DNA of 64,000 nucleotides, taken from Hydrolagus affinis. Lineage: Eukaryota. A program made the position numbers and the translations under genes. Positions within the stretch are counted from its first letter, which is position 1, and each line of letters begins with the position of its first letter. The DNA is taken from the NCBI GenBank assembly GCA_012026655.1, contig JAAILG010000943.1, positions 1 through 64,000 of the forward strand, given 5' to 3'. A model generated the notes under the pieces. It ran no database searches and was not told where the DNA came from. It saw only the letters and a program-made list of their open reading frames with translations. Of this stretch, positions 23,366 to 35,695 are shown piece by piece.

Positions 23366-24689
23366 ATGCTGTGAAATGCAGAGCTTAACGTGCGATATCG
23401 GAGAGGCTGTGTCCCTTTTAAAGCTGCATGCAAGCGGCTGTGGGCTCTTTAATTGGCTGTGCGCAGGGGGACAGCGAGGCAGCGTCTCTGAGCAACACCA
23501 GGCTCCAATTACCTTCCTGTTGTCTAGGAAACAATTGCAGGGCTGATGATTGCTAGGCGCACATCTGCACTCCACTCTCCCCAACCGTGCTGAAAGGTAG
23601 GGCCCGGTTGTTTAGCAATCAGTAATCACCTGGTATTCACCCAAAAAAACGTGACAATCAGAAATGGCTTTCATTAAGGTTCGGCATCTGTCACAGCAGC
23701 TTCCCACTCAGCCCTGGACAGTTCGCTTCCCACCTCCCATTTTCTCCCACGTTATGCCAACGTCCATGACCGCACTGACCTGATACACAGGGCAAGGGGC
23801 TGTGCTCTGGTCCGACAGATTCCATTCGATGCCGTCTCTCACCCGCTCTGCTGTTGAAAAATAAATGAAAAATCCCCACTGTTCACCCATCTGCCCCACC
23901 CCTCATAACGGGATCTAACTCGAGCATGTTTTTGTTTAATTAGAAAAAAGATATTTGTATTCATGCAGTATTCAGACTGTTTGTGGAACACCGCTGCATT
24001 ATATTATTGCTTTTTTTTAATAAAAAAAAACAGGATTTGTTAATGAGGAACCTCACAAATAGGGTATCAGTCTGGTAACAACTGGAAGACCATCATACCA
24101 TGAAACACAATAACAATAGTGTCTTTCATGCCAGGAGGACATCTCAAAGCGCTTCCGGAGAGTCGCAGTGAATCTCACCTTCCAGCTGGACATTATTATT
24201 GCAGGATCAAGCTTCATTTGCTCCTATTTTTCTTTTATTTCTGCCAAATAAAACCAAATAAGCAACATTCCAACTTAGCGCAAGTGTGAGAGCCCTTCCT
24301 GTTAGCTTTATGTCCAGGTATTTGTGTTTCCTTGTCAGAATATGTTTTTCACAAAATTCTATAGGGACTGGGCTCCCGTTTCTTTCTGTAAGATTTCTCC
24401 TGTGACCTGGTCCCATTAGGGTTTTCTTGGGTTTTCTTTTTGAAATATGGGATTTCTGACTAATACTGATGCACGCAAATGGGGCCCTAGTCAGGTATAT
24501 TGACACACATCAGTTAAAAATAATTCCATTTGATGTCACGCCTTTCACCTTGGGAGTCTGGAAGTCTGAAAGTGCTTCGTGGGATTTATTGCATAGCGCA
24601 TTGAGATGTTCTCTCAAGGTGAAAGGTGTAAACGTAAAGTGTGCGGAGTGTGTATTTTCTAGGTGAACATTTGCAGATAAATAATACAT

Positions 24690-24920
24690 GTAATAGTAAT
24701 CCTTGCATTTGATATAGTGCTTTTCACGTCTTCTAGACGTCTCAAAACGCTTCACAGAGTATGCTGTAAAGCGAATTGACTGTATTCTGTGTGCAAATCG
24801 CGGCAGCCAATTGTGCACAGCAGTATCCCACAAACAGTCGTGGATTGAAATGACCAATTTATTATTGTGTTTTTTTTGAGGGATTATCATTAGGCGTGTG
24901 GAGAAAGGAAATTTGCCTAA
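24690..24920 (-). mobile_element. tRNA-SINE lacking head
   Basis: Near-consensus core and tail. Confidence 0.9.
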
Positions 24921-25059
24921 TTAACAATCCCCTGGATTAAAACAAATCATTCACTTCATGGAGTGTTTATTAATAATAAAAAAGTAAATGCAAACACTCA
25001 ACATAAATATCCTAAATATACTAAAAAATACAATAGTTCTCTAGCCTTACTCCACACCC

Positions 25060-25210
25060 ATTCCCCCCCATGGATATTTGTTAGGTCAGAATATCAAGTG
25101 ATATGGGGCAAGGGCAGTAATTGGAGTTCAGGTGCAGATCAATCATGGTCTTATAGAATGGTGGGACAGGCTCGAGCGGCTGAATGGCCTCCTCCTGGTC
25201 CTATATTCCC
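25060..25210 (+). mobile_element. CR1 LINE 3' end
   Basis: GAATGGTGGGACAGGCTCGAGCGGCTGAATGGCCTCCTCCTG CR1 tail. Confidence 0.75.
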
Positions 25211-26285
25211 ACAAAGGGCAGCTGGCATTTTCAATTTGTTGGGATTTCTCAGATCATCTGAGAAACAACCCGACAGGAACAGACTGGACATCATCGCGGA
25301 GCGGGAGTTACAATTAGCTCAGTGGCTTCCGGTTTGCAAATGTCACAGTTTTGTCTCCCGCCGAATGCCATTCCCCTTTAAGGCAGAGAGGGATTTTTTT
25401 ACAGAACACAGATTGCTCATTAAATAGCAGGTGGCTGCTTAATCCAGGTTCAATTAGGATGCAATGAATAATTACTGGGAGAGGAGCAGAGGCTTTGCCA
25501 TTCACTTATTCTCTGCTGTCTCCAGGCTAATCCATACTTCCGTGTTCCCATTCGAAAGGTTGGATGGATTCAAAACGGCTCAATTCTGAAATGCCTCGAA
25601 GTCCCAGCCAGGCAGAACACTGGGTCCAAATATTTTATGTGGCACAAGGTTGTCGAAAAGAGTCTTTAATTCAGTCTTACTTTGGAAGCCAGGTTTCCTC
25701 AATTCTTGAGGTAAAGAATCCACAAATGCAGACTGAATTTAAAGAATGTTCACAATTCGGCAACACATCAATTTTAAGATAAAAATGACAGGCTCAGAGA
25801 AAAGTTCAAGTCATGATCTTAAAAAGCCCCATGTGATGTCAGAAATTCCACCCGGAATAGCTTGTTAGACCATTTTAATAATACATTTTATCTTAAAATA
25901 ATAATAATCCTTGTGTTTAATATGGTGCCTTATCAGATCGTTGAGACATCTCAAAGCACTTCAAGGTGGATTGACTGTGTATTTTGTGGACGGAACACGG
26001 CAGCCAGTTCCGCACAGCAGTGTCCCACAAAATATTAGATTACCACGAACTGCGGGAAAGTCTTGAATTCAATCGACACTTTGAAGTCGGTTGCTTTTCA
26101 TGAAGTGCTGAAAACCGTCTCCTAAATTAAGAATGTATTGAAGAATTTTCCACAATCTTGCAGGATCTTAATACAGTATGAAGGTACATTACACAGGCTA
26201 CAACTGGGCGAAAACTCAGAGCCCTGAGAGCCAAAGTACGAGCCAAAGTCTAACCCAAGTGGACAGAATATTGCCGATATACTAG

Positions 26286-26500
26286 AATAATAATAATAAT
26301 CCATGCATTTGATATGGTGCTTTCACATCTTCTGGACATTGCAAAGTGCTTCACACAATATAGTGTAAAATAAATTGACTGTATATTTGTGGGAAGCCAA
26401 TTGCGCACAGCAGTGTCCCACTGGAGTAAAGAAACTTGCTCAAGGTTTAGTCCTGCCTGGAACGGAACCCAGGGCTCTAATTACTGAGCTACAGGACTCC
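26286..26500 (-). mobile_element. tRNA-SINE with internal deletions
   Basis: Tail, short core, head ...CTGAGCTACAGGACTCC. Confidence 0.85.
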
Positions 26501-26764
26501 ACTATACTACACTGGAATAACATCACGCAACTCAATGTACCCTGTACATCGATAGCCAATCAGCAATACTGCATTCCCCCAGCGCTCATCTGACCCCAAT
26601 CATGGGAGATTGTGGCATCTGGCTTCAGGGACAGCCAGAAAGGAAGTCCAAGTATAGGGTCACAAGTCATCACTGTACTTCAGGAGAAAAGGGGAAGCTC
26701 TACAGATATATACAGATGCTCGTTTCTGGTATCTCGATGTTTCTGCCTCTTTGGACTGTAACAA

Positions 26765-27110
26765 ACTATGAGCAATGATTAGACAAGCTAGGGCTCTTCA
26801 GTCTTGAGCGATGATTACTCGCAGAGATGTACAGATTTTTAAATGGTTTTGAGAAAGCAAGCCTAAAACAGGTCTAGAGTTCTAAAATGTAATTTCTGAA
26901 GGGACACCAGCAAGTGTTTCTTTAGCCAGAGGATAATTAACGACTGGAACATGTTGCCAGCAAAGGTGGTTGAGGCCCGGACACTGCACTTATTTACAAA
27001 GCAGCTTGAGGCTGTGTTGGGGGAAGGTAATAGAGTTGGTACTCGGTGGATGTTAAAGAAGAGGGATGAAATCAAATGGGTCAAAGGGCCTTCTTCATCC
27101 AAAGCAATCT
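26765..27110 (+). mobile_element. CR1 LINE 3' fragment
   Basis: Translations LDKLGLFSLER and FFSQRIINDWNMLPAKVVEA. Confidence 0.85.
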
Positions 27111-27142
27111 TGTGCTCAGGGCATTTCAACAACTCAACTGCA

Positions 27143-27470
27143 TAATAATAATAATAATCCTTGCATTTGATATACGTAGTGCTTTTCACATCTTATCGAC
27201 GTCTCAAAGCGCTTCACAGAATATACTGGAAAGTGAATTGACTATATTTGTGGGCGAAACGCGGCAGCCAATTGCGCACAGCAGTGTCACACAAACAGTT
27301 GTGGATTGAAATGACCAATTTTATTATTGTGGTGGTGGGGGGTTTGGAAGGATTATAATTAGGTGTGAGGAGTAAGGAAACTTGCCCAAGGTTTGGCCTT
27401 GATCTGCCGATTTGAACACAGGTCTTACGCTTGAAGGCAAATGCTCCAACCACTGAGCTACAGGAGCTCC
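27143..27470 (-). mobile_element. Full-length tRNA-SINE (variant B)
   Basis: GGAGCTCC head, insertion after the B box, GACGTCGATAAG tail. Confidence 0.92.
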
Positions 27471-29039
27471 ACATGGTATAAAGCAGTCTGCACCCATGTT
27501 GTGGAATTCAAGGTAACTACCCTGGGGATTTGCAGACATCTCTCAGTAGTGGTGAGAAGGAGTTGGAGGGTAATTTTAAAAATAGTTAGACCTCATTCCT
27601 TAAATAAGGAAAGGAATGCATTAACAGTTCTGAATTCAACAACCAGAGGAGTTGGCACTTACCAATTTGAAGCTGTTTACATTTCATCAGACCACAAGGC
27701 CATAGAGATGCTTCATTCTGACTATTGATTGATGTATTGTTTAAGCTACATTAAATGTACTTTCAATTAGGAAAAAAAACTCACGCTCAGAGCTGCTGCC
27801 AGAGAGCAAAGCCCAAATGTGTAAATTCTGGCATCTTTCCAACCATGCTTTTACAGGCAGAAGACAGACAAAGTGTGGGTATGTATGTGTGTGTGTGTGT
27901 GTGTGTGTGATATTTCTTGGGCAAAAGGTTGGGATTGATTAACAAATCGTAGCTTGCGAGACAATTTTTGTCTTCAGTGGGGTCTACCTATAGCTCGGTG
28001 ATCTTCGATTTATCATATTGTTGGAGGAGCCGGGCTTCGGAAGAGACATTCCAACTGATTGTTGCTGTTTACCTGTTCAGGCGGACGCAAAGAACGATCC
28101 CATTGGTGCTATTCAAAAAGCGAAGGTGTCTTGGGCAACAGCACTCAGCTAAAAAAAAACTTGCCCAAAACTTGCTTGTGTGATGTTGCTTTGTGCAAAT
28201 TGGCTACTGCGTTCACACACAGTCACTTAACTTTACAGGAAAATCCTGTGAAGCACTTTGAGATATCTTAACAATATTAAGGGTGCAGTATCAAATGTCA
28301 GGATCAATAATTTATTACTATTGTAGCCCTTTGAGCACCAAGGATGAGTTTCCTAATTGCTGATGGGGCTATGTTAAGATTCAACTTCACATTGCCTCTG
28401 CGAAGCATCTGATGGGAGATTCCCCTTTAGTTTATGAAGAACGTGTTGCGAGCAAATATCAAATGGAGCTTAGGAGCTTGGAGGCCAAAGCCTACATAAA
28501 CGGCTGCTGAGTTCACAACGGGGGTTTGTGCCAGAACACGAAAAACAATGAAAAGTAACCGGCAGAAATTTGGAGCAAAAAAGAGAATAGTCGAGTCAAC
28601 ACAGGTGAAGTGCTTCCATTGTGTGTGGCAGTCACTGACTAAATTCAGGATTAATATTAAAAAGACCAGTGTATAGTTTCTCATCTCTAATATGTTTGTG
28701 TATACATATATCTATGTTATATATGTATTACTCTGTGTGTGTGTGTGTGTGTGTGAACTTTAAAGTGCAAACAGAAAACAAAACATGCAAAGACAGTTCG
28801 CCCTTGCAGGCAAGAGTTGCTCCCTCGTTTGCAATGTTTAAGAAAACAGGGCGACTCTATCAGTGGCTGTCTTTGGGGACCGTCCCTGTCAGTCACAGCC
28901 GTTCAGAAGCCCACCATCCCTGTCCCCTTTTTACAATCTTGCTCTTCAAATGTCTATCATTGTGTGTGATCACTTTACTGTTGACATCAGAACTTTATTA
29001 CCTTTGAAGACAATATTGAGCCAATAAAGTCACAAAAAG

Positions 29040-29551
29040 AAAACTGGCCATTTCAATCCACGACTGTTTGCGGCACACTGCTGTGTCCCATTTCACCCGC
29101 TTATATACAGTCAATTCACTTTACAGTGTATTCTGAGAAGCGCTATAAGATGTGAAATGCGCTATATCAAATGCAAGGATTATTATTATTATCTTTCTTT
29201 GATAAAAACATAGCGGAGCTCCTGTGGCTCAGTGGTTAGAGCACTTGTCTTGCAAGCTGGGGAGACCAAGCTGGGGAGACCTGTGTTCAAATCCAGGCAG
29301 GTCAGGGTGAAACCTTGGGCAAATTTCCTTACTCCACACGCCTAATAATAATCCCTCCATAAAAAAACACAATAATAAAATTGGTCATTTCAATCTACGA
29401 CTGTGTGTGGGACACTGCCGTGCGCAATTGGCTGCCACGATTCACCCGCAAATATATACAGTCAATTCATTTTACAGTATATTCTGTGAAGCGCTTTGGG
29501 ACGTTGATAAGATGTGGAAAGCGCTATATCAAATGCAAGTATTATTATTAT
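29040..29551 (+). mobile_element. Two tandem tRNA-SINEs (29040-29191 truncated; 29215-29551 full, variant B)
   Basis: Two tails; second copy has a duplicated CAAGCTGGGGAGAC in its head. Confidence 0.9.
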
Positions 29552-30203
29552 AGTCTTTACTTGATCCCAGACTACCGGCCCTTACTAACCACTAGGGCAT
29601 TTGGCCTACAGTAAACCTGGCATGCTATTAAGTTCTAACAAAGCGAGTTGCACACTTGTTTTTAATTAGGATTGTATAATTTCAAAATTGCCGCACCGCT
29701 CTTTATTTCATTTTTTTTATATAAAAAAGACTCTCACGAGTGGAGAGCGCTATTTTAATTAATACTGAAGAGCCAACCACTGAAGTCCTGGAGGGAAGGA
29801 AACTTGCCGTTTTAATGAAGGTGTGCACCACACTGACGTGGTCTGCCACAAGTCCATCAACCAGAGCTGCAAATTGAACTCGCAAGAAAGTGTCCTAATT
29901 GGGAATGTTATCCAGAAAACAAACAGCAAGATTCCAATCCCAGCTCTGGAGCCAGCTGTCTACTTCAGGTAAATATTAATTGACGGAATGCATACTGTCA
30001 AACAAGATGAGATAAATTGTTAAACATCAGGAACGAGCCTGGGAAGCCATGATCTCCATACCTATGGACGAGGGACTCTGCCTCATGCTCAAATAACAAC
30101 AGCGGACCAATAATTCAGTTACAACTCTTTGTAGCTAAGAACCTAAAAGCACAAAATATCTCTGGCTCTCGATAGTTGGCATACTGCCCAAACAACCGTT
30201 AGA

Positions 30204-30500
30204 TGTCAGCCTATCTCAGTTGGTAGAAAGCCTTTCCCAAAGTCAGCAGGTTCAAGCTCCCCAACAGGAACCTTGAGCTTGTAGTCTAGGCTGACACCCC
30301 AGTGCAATGCCGGGGTACAGTATTACTGCATTCTGAAATGCGGCGTCCTTTAGAAGAACATTAAACAGAGGTCCTGTCTACCTGTTCGAAAAAAGAACGG
30401 AGTATCTCCGGATGTCTTTGATCACCAGTCTCCCAATTTGAAAAAAAATTGCTCATTCACTTCATTACTCTTTGTGTGCAAATTAGCTGTTACACTCACA
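30204..30500 (+). mobile_element. DeuSINE
   Basis: TGTCAGCCTATCTCAGTTGGTAG head, TCTAGGCTGACAC, TTAAACAGAGGTCCTGTC. Confidence 0.75.
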
Positions 30501-31124
30501 CTTACTGGAGAAATGTTTAATAAATATCTCTAGCCTTTGTCGCAGAGCTGTATTCTCCTTCCTGGCGGGTTGCACAACTGCTGTTTGGTGTCTCAAAGCT
30601 TCAGGAGCAGCAAAAAGTGGGAATGTAGAGAGCTCACTGGCAATAAAGGGGCAAAAACAAAATAGGCTACACAGAAAACTTTTACTGAATCATGACTTTT
30701 AGCTTGGAATAAAATATTGATGGCAGAAATTCCAGGAGTAATGCTTACTCATACTCAATTTTGCAACTGCATTACAATACTGTACATAAAACCTTTAACA
30801 GAGATTGGGGTTTGTCCTGTAGTGTGCAATCTTTGTTGAAGGAAATTGTGGGGAAAGTAAAGAGTGCTTTTGTAAACAGACCCTTCAAAATAAAATCATA
30901 AAAACAATTAATATTAATTACCAGCTGAGATTTAAATATTATTAGATTAATTTTATTAATATCCAACAATTAATATTGTGAGTTTGAAAACTTTAGAACA
31001 ATCGTTAGTAGGTTTTCTGAAACAATGATTTATGTATAATCGAGGCTGGTCAATGAATCATCCAATTAGTCCCAACACTGCTGATCTGTTAGCCTGACTC
31101 AGTCAGGAGCAATCTTGCCCTTGG

Positions 31125-31370
31125 TGTCACAAGGTTGTGGCTTCAAGATGCATATTGCGGAACCTGGAGTTGCAGTCTTGTCTTGTACTTCAGTGGAGTG
31201 CTGGGGTGGAGCAGTGCTTCCAATGCACAGCAGTCCAACCATTTGAAAGAGGGATTAACCAAAGATCCATCTACTTGTTCAGGTGGACGTTAAAGATACA
31301 GTGGAGCTATTAGAAAAGAGAACGCAGATTCTCCAGGTTTCCTGGCTAAATCAAATGCAAGGATTAATTA
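31125..31370 (+). mobile_element. DeuSINE remnant
   Basis: AAGGTTGTGGCTTCAAG; GTTCAGGTGGACGTTAAAGAT. Confidence 0.7.
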
Positions 31371-32574
31371 TAACACTGTGTCTGGGTGCAACAATGTAAA
31401 GCATTATCTCTGCCTCTATCCAGATGACAATACAGTTCCCCAGAGATATTTTATTAAAAAATGACAGAATTCAATTAATGCAGCTATATTTCACTCACCT
31501 CAGTTATAAGATTACACTCTCTCCTCTCCTCTCCCCTTTCCCCATACCACCACACACAATGATTGCTGCTAACACAGAACGATTTGAATTGTGGCTTGAA
31601 AATGTTAATGGAATTGTTCCTTTCATATTAAAATTGCCTTGAAAAATGACTGCAGGGGCCCCGGTATATTTAATACAGCAATATTTCCGATTCCACTTCA
31701 CTTTAAGAGAACCGCTCAATATAACGTTGACATTATACATATGCCGGGCTGCGGATTAATCCAATTATTTATAAGGCAAGCTGGCATATAGCGTCAGAAG
31801 AAAGATGGAAAATTGGGCCATTCTACTTTGCTATTCGCGACAATTTGGTTTCAGCCAGTCACGTCGGGTATTTTAGCTACACGGAAATAGCGAGGGGCTG
31901 CTTTGTAAAACTTAATTTCAGTTCAGATTCAAAGCACCTCGGCACAAAAAGAATCAATTTCAGCACTGTTCAGGTTTTCGAGTCTCAAAATGATCGCAGT
32001 GACCTCCAGGGAATGAAATACACCCCAAGATTGAAAAGAATTCTTAAAATATTTTATTTCTCAGCAGAAAAAAAGACTTACGGACAATATCTTTCTTTTT
32101 AATACCAGAATTCTTTTTTTTTTGGTAAATTGCGCACTTACTGACTTTCCATTTTGATTTCTTCGTCTCCCTCTTTCTCTCTTCCTCCCTCTTTCTCCTT
32201 CTGCCTCCCTACCTCACCGTTCATTTATTTTGCCTTTGTTGAGCTGTTCCTCGTTTCTTTTTAATACCTTTTCCATCAGTAATGTATCTTTGTGTACCTT
32301 TCCTTGGAAAAGAAATATAGGCTCTTTTGTGGTAATAGCTGTGTGCAAAAGGCTGTCAGAGGGTATTTCAGTGAGGGTGTTTGTGGTTGTGAGTGTTCAT
32401 TTGAAGAGAGAATGTGTGTGTGTGTGCGCGCGTGCATGAGAATGTGCATCCATGCAGGTGTGTGTTTGTGTGTGTTCCTGTATGGATGTGTGTACGCATA
32501 TAGATGTGTGATATCCATATTTCTGAAGGGTTGCATATGATATAAATAAGAAATAATAAGAAATAATAAGAAAT

Positions 32575-32890
32575 AAGAAATAATCCTTGCATTTGATATA
32601 ACCCTTTTCACATTTTATCGATGTCTCAAAGCGCTTCACAGAATATAGTCTAAAGTGAATTGACTGTATATTTGTGAGCGAAACGCGGCAGCCAATTGGG
32701 CACAGCAGTGTCCCACAAACAGTCGTTGATTGAAATGACCAATTTTATTATTGAGGTTTTTTTTGGAGGGATTATTATTAGGCGTGTGGAGTAACGAAAC
32801 TTGCCCAAGGTTTCGCCCTGATCTGCCTGGATTCGAACACAAGTCTCATGTGTAAGGCGAGTGCTCTAACCACTGAGCTACAGGAGCTCC
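32575..32890 (-). mobile_element. Full-length tRNA-SINE (variant B)
   Basis: GGAGCTCC head; tail extended into (AATAAGA)n. Confidence 0.92.
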
Positions 32891-34469
32891 CTACATTTAA
32901 GATGACATCTTATCTCTTTTCTACACTCTTTTCCCCCTTTCTCCTCTGGACCCACTTCCGCGACTGTTTGTGGGACACTGCTGTGAGCAATTTTCCTGCT
33001 GCGTTTTGCCCACAAATATACAATCGGATTTCCTTCTCCCTACGCCGACCCCTCCCCTTGCCATCCTTCCCCCCTTTCTCCCCTAACCCCACTTCAATGA
33101 CTGTTTGTGGGACACTGCTGTGCGCAATTTGGCTGCCGCGTTTCACCCACAAATATACAATAAATTTTTCTACTCTTCTTCCCCCGACCCCTGCCGCCCT
33201 GCTCTGATCCCTACCTGATTATTCAGCACCTTGGGACATCCTCTTGACTGAAAGGCGCTATATAAATGTAATTATTGATTGATCTCATTGTTGAGACATT
33301 TAAAGTCCTTCACAGGATAACATACTGTTAAGTGGATTGACTTTGTATTTTTTGGGGGGGCAACTTTGCTTCTCTTTTGTATATTTTGAATTATTTTTAA
33401 AATTCTCTGCATTCAAAATGTTGCATATTTTAAGTCGTTTTTACGAAAATACATCAATTTCAGCACACGTGAATTTCACTCCTGAAGCACAACCACTTTC
33501 CCATCCCAAGAGGGAGAAAAGACTTCCAGGGAGATGGCCGCGTCCCCTTTAAGAAAATATTTTCTTCCCATTTCAAATAAGTCAAATACCTGTGTTTTCA
33601 ATGCCAACCGTGAGCCACTTGGGATTTAGTCACTGGTGAGCTATGTGGTCAGCCTTGCTGCTGAAGTCATTCATCTTACCACACCGCTGGCTTTGATAGA
33701 TCTCCTATTTATCTCCCTACGTGCAGCTTTGTCACTCACACAAGGTTCAATTTGGACAAAAAAATTATAATTTATCTTTGTCTGGTTTGTCCTGTATCTC
33801 GCTTTTGTGAACTTTTAGTTGGATTCTTTTTACCTTGCACTGGATAACTTTCCACAGTATCTTGGTAGCTTGATAGATACTCACCTCTGCGTCGGAAGGC
33901 TTTTGTCTCCTCCCCCATAATGACAATAATTTTTTTTAAGTATTAAATACTATTAATATTAATAATTTGATTAAAAAAATAATTAGTTAAGATCTCCATT
34001 TGGAAGTGGGTTTTCTAAAGTTCTTGAAAAGAAACAGCTGAATTTAAGAAGTTTCTGCAATTTGACTGTGCACCACCTTAACATTTTCAGACTAAAACTG
34101 TCTCTCTGGCTCAGACCAGGTGGAATTCGGGGCCTGCCTCGGATTTCCCGAATGCAGTAAAATAAAGACACTGACTGACAGACGTCCCTCATTCCCACCG
34201 AGACACAATGCCGTAATGGTCATTTTAAATCACAATTATGTCATCCAGCAGGGCTGCCTGACAGACCAGGGCTCGATTTATACCTCAGATTAAACTTTTA
34301 AATGGTGAAATATAAATGGGCGAGATGGGTTTTTACTGCAAAGCTGCAGCATTGAATTATGAGTTAAACCAAAATAATGTATTTAGTGTTTTGTACTTTG
34401 AATTCACTGAAGCTTGTTAGAAAACACACTTGTCTATCAGGGTTGGAGACGATTAGAACAAGCTGAATA

Positions 34470-34800
34470 ACAACAACGATAACAATCCTTGCATTTCACA
34501 TAGATCACATCGTCGAAACATCTCAGAGTGCTCCAGAGGATTTAGTGTAAAATGTCGTGACCGTGTATATAGTAGACAAACACGGCAGCCAATTTGCACA
34601 TAGCAATGTTCCCACAAAGCCATGAAACAAGAGATAAATTTTGATGATGGGGTGGTGGGAGGTTGGGGAATTGGTGGCCAGGATACCGGCAGACACTGCC
34701 ATGGGATCTTTAACCTCCATCTAAACAGGCAGATGGGACTTTGGTTTAACATCTCATCTGAAAGACGGAGCCTCTGACAATGCAGTGCTCCCTCAGCAGC
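34470..34800 (-). mobile_element. DeuSINE 3' part
   Basis: TGCCATGGGATCTTTAAC...GGTTTAACATCTCATCTGAAAGACGG...CAGTGCTCCCTCAG. Confidence 0.8.
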
Positions 34801-35044
34801 GCTATTGCTTAATGCACTGTATTAACCAACAACATGCACTTCTTACCTAGCGCTTTTCCATAGAGGAGAACATCTCAAAGTGCTTCACAGTGATGAGAGT
34901 AGGAGCAAGAGCAGTGTGGGAGATGGTGGAGAGTGGGGGGGGCAGGTTAGATGGCCAAAGGGATGCAGACAGAGAGGTAAGATTTTAGCAGAGTTTTGAA
35001 AGCAAAGAGGGAAACTAAAATGTTCCTTCACTAATTTTCTCCCC

Positions 35045-35423
35045 TCAGGTTCATTCAGGCTGCACAACCGTTGTCCTTTATATATTAAACATTACCAATC
35101 CACCACCCTCACTGGGTAAATTAGGATCCAGCAGCCAGTAGATCCAAGTGATCTTGTCCTACGTTATTGTCACACCACAAGACACTGAACAGCAGAGTTA
35201 ATATTACAGTACAAATTGCTGCTTCTTTCAAGAGGAGCTGTGTTATCGCAAATTAGTTGTATTTGTTTCAGCCCCATGGTGTGTAAACTACAAACCTTAA
35301 AACCCAGGGAGACTAAAATTCCCCAGAGTTACCAGTAAGCAAAGGAATCAGACTGGATTTGTGTGTTGTAGAATCAGGTTCATTCAGGCTGTTCAACCGC
35401 TGTCCTTTATATATTAAACATTA
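35045..35423 (+). repeat. 50-bp direct repeat pair (35045-35094 and 35374-35423)
   Basis: TCAGGTTCATTCAGGCTG..CAACCG.TGTCCTTTATATATTAAACATTA, 47 of 50 identical. Confidence 0.9.
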
Positions 35424-35439
35424 GCGATCAGGAATCCTG

Positions 35440-35695
35440 TTTGGGGAAGGAGGAAAATAAGAAAGTAAAAGAGAGGGAGCCTCTGTGCGAGAGAGAGGAA
35501 AAAAAAAAGCCTGAGAGAGAGAGAGAAAGAGAAAGGAAGTGAGGGAGAATGAAAGAAAGAGTGTGCCAAAGAAAGAGTGTGCATGAGGGATAGGAAAGGA
35601 AAAAGTGTGTGTTGTTAGAGAGAGAGATAGAGACCAAGAGGAGGGAGTGAGAGAGAGAGAGAACGAAAGAGAGCGAGAGGAGAGAGAGAAAAGAG
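35440..35695 (+). repeat. GA-rich low-complexity tract
   Basis: Degenerate (GA)n. Confidence 0.85.

Noticed and set aside
29381-29614. Recurrent peptide [14 protein letters not shown]...[11 protein letters not shown] as a gene family
   Set aside because: It is the translation of the SINE core and tail seen in many ORF-track entries.
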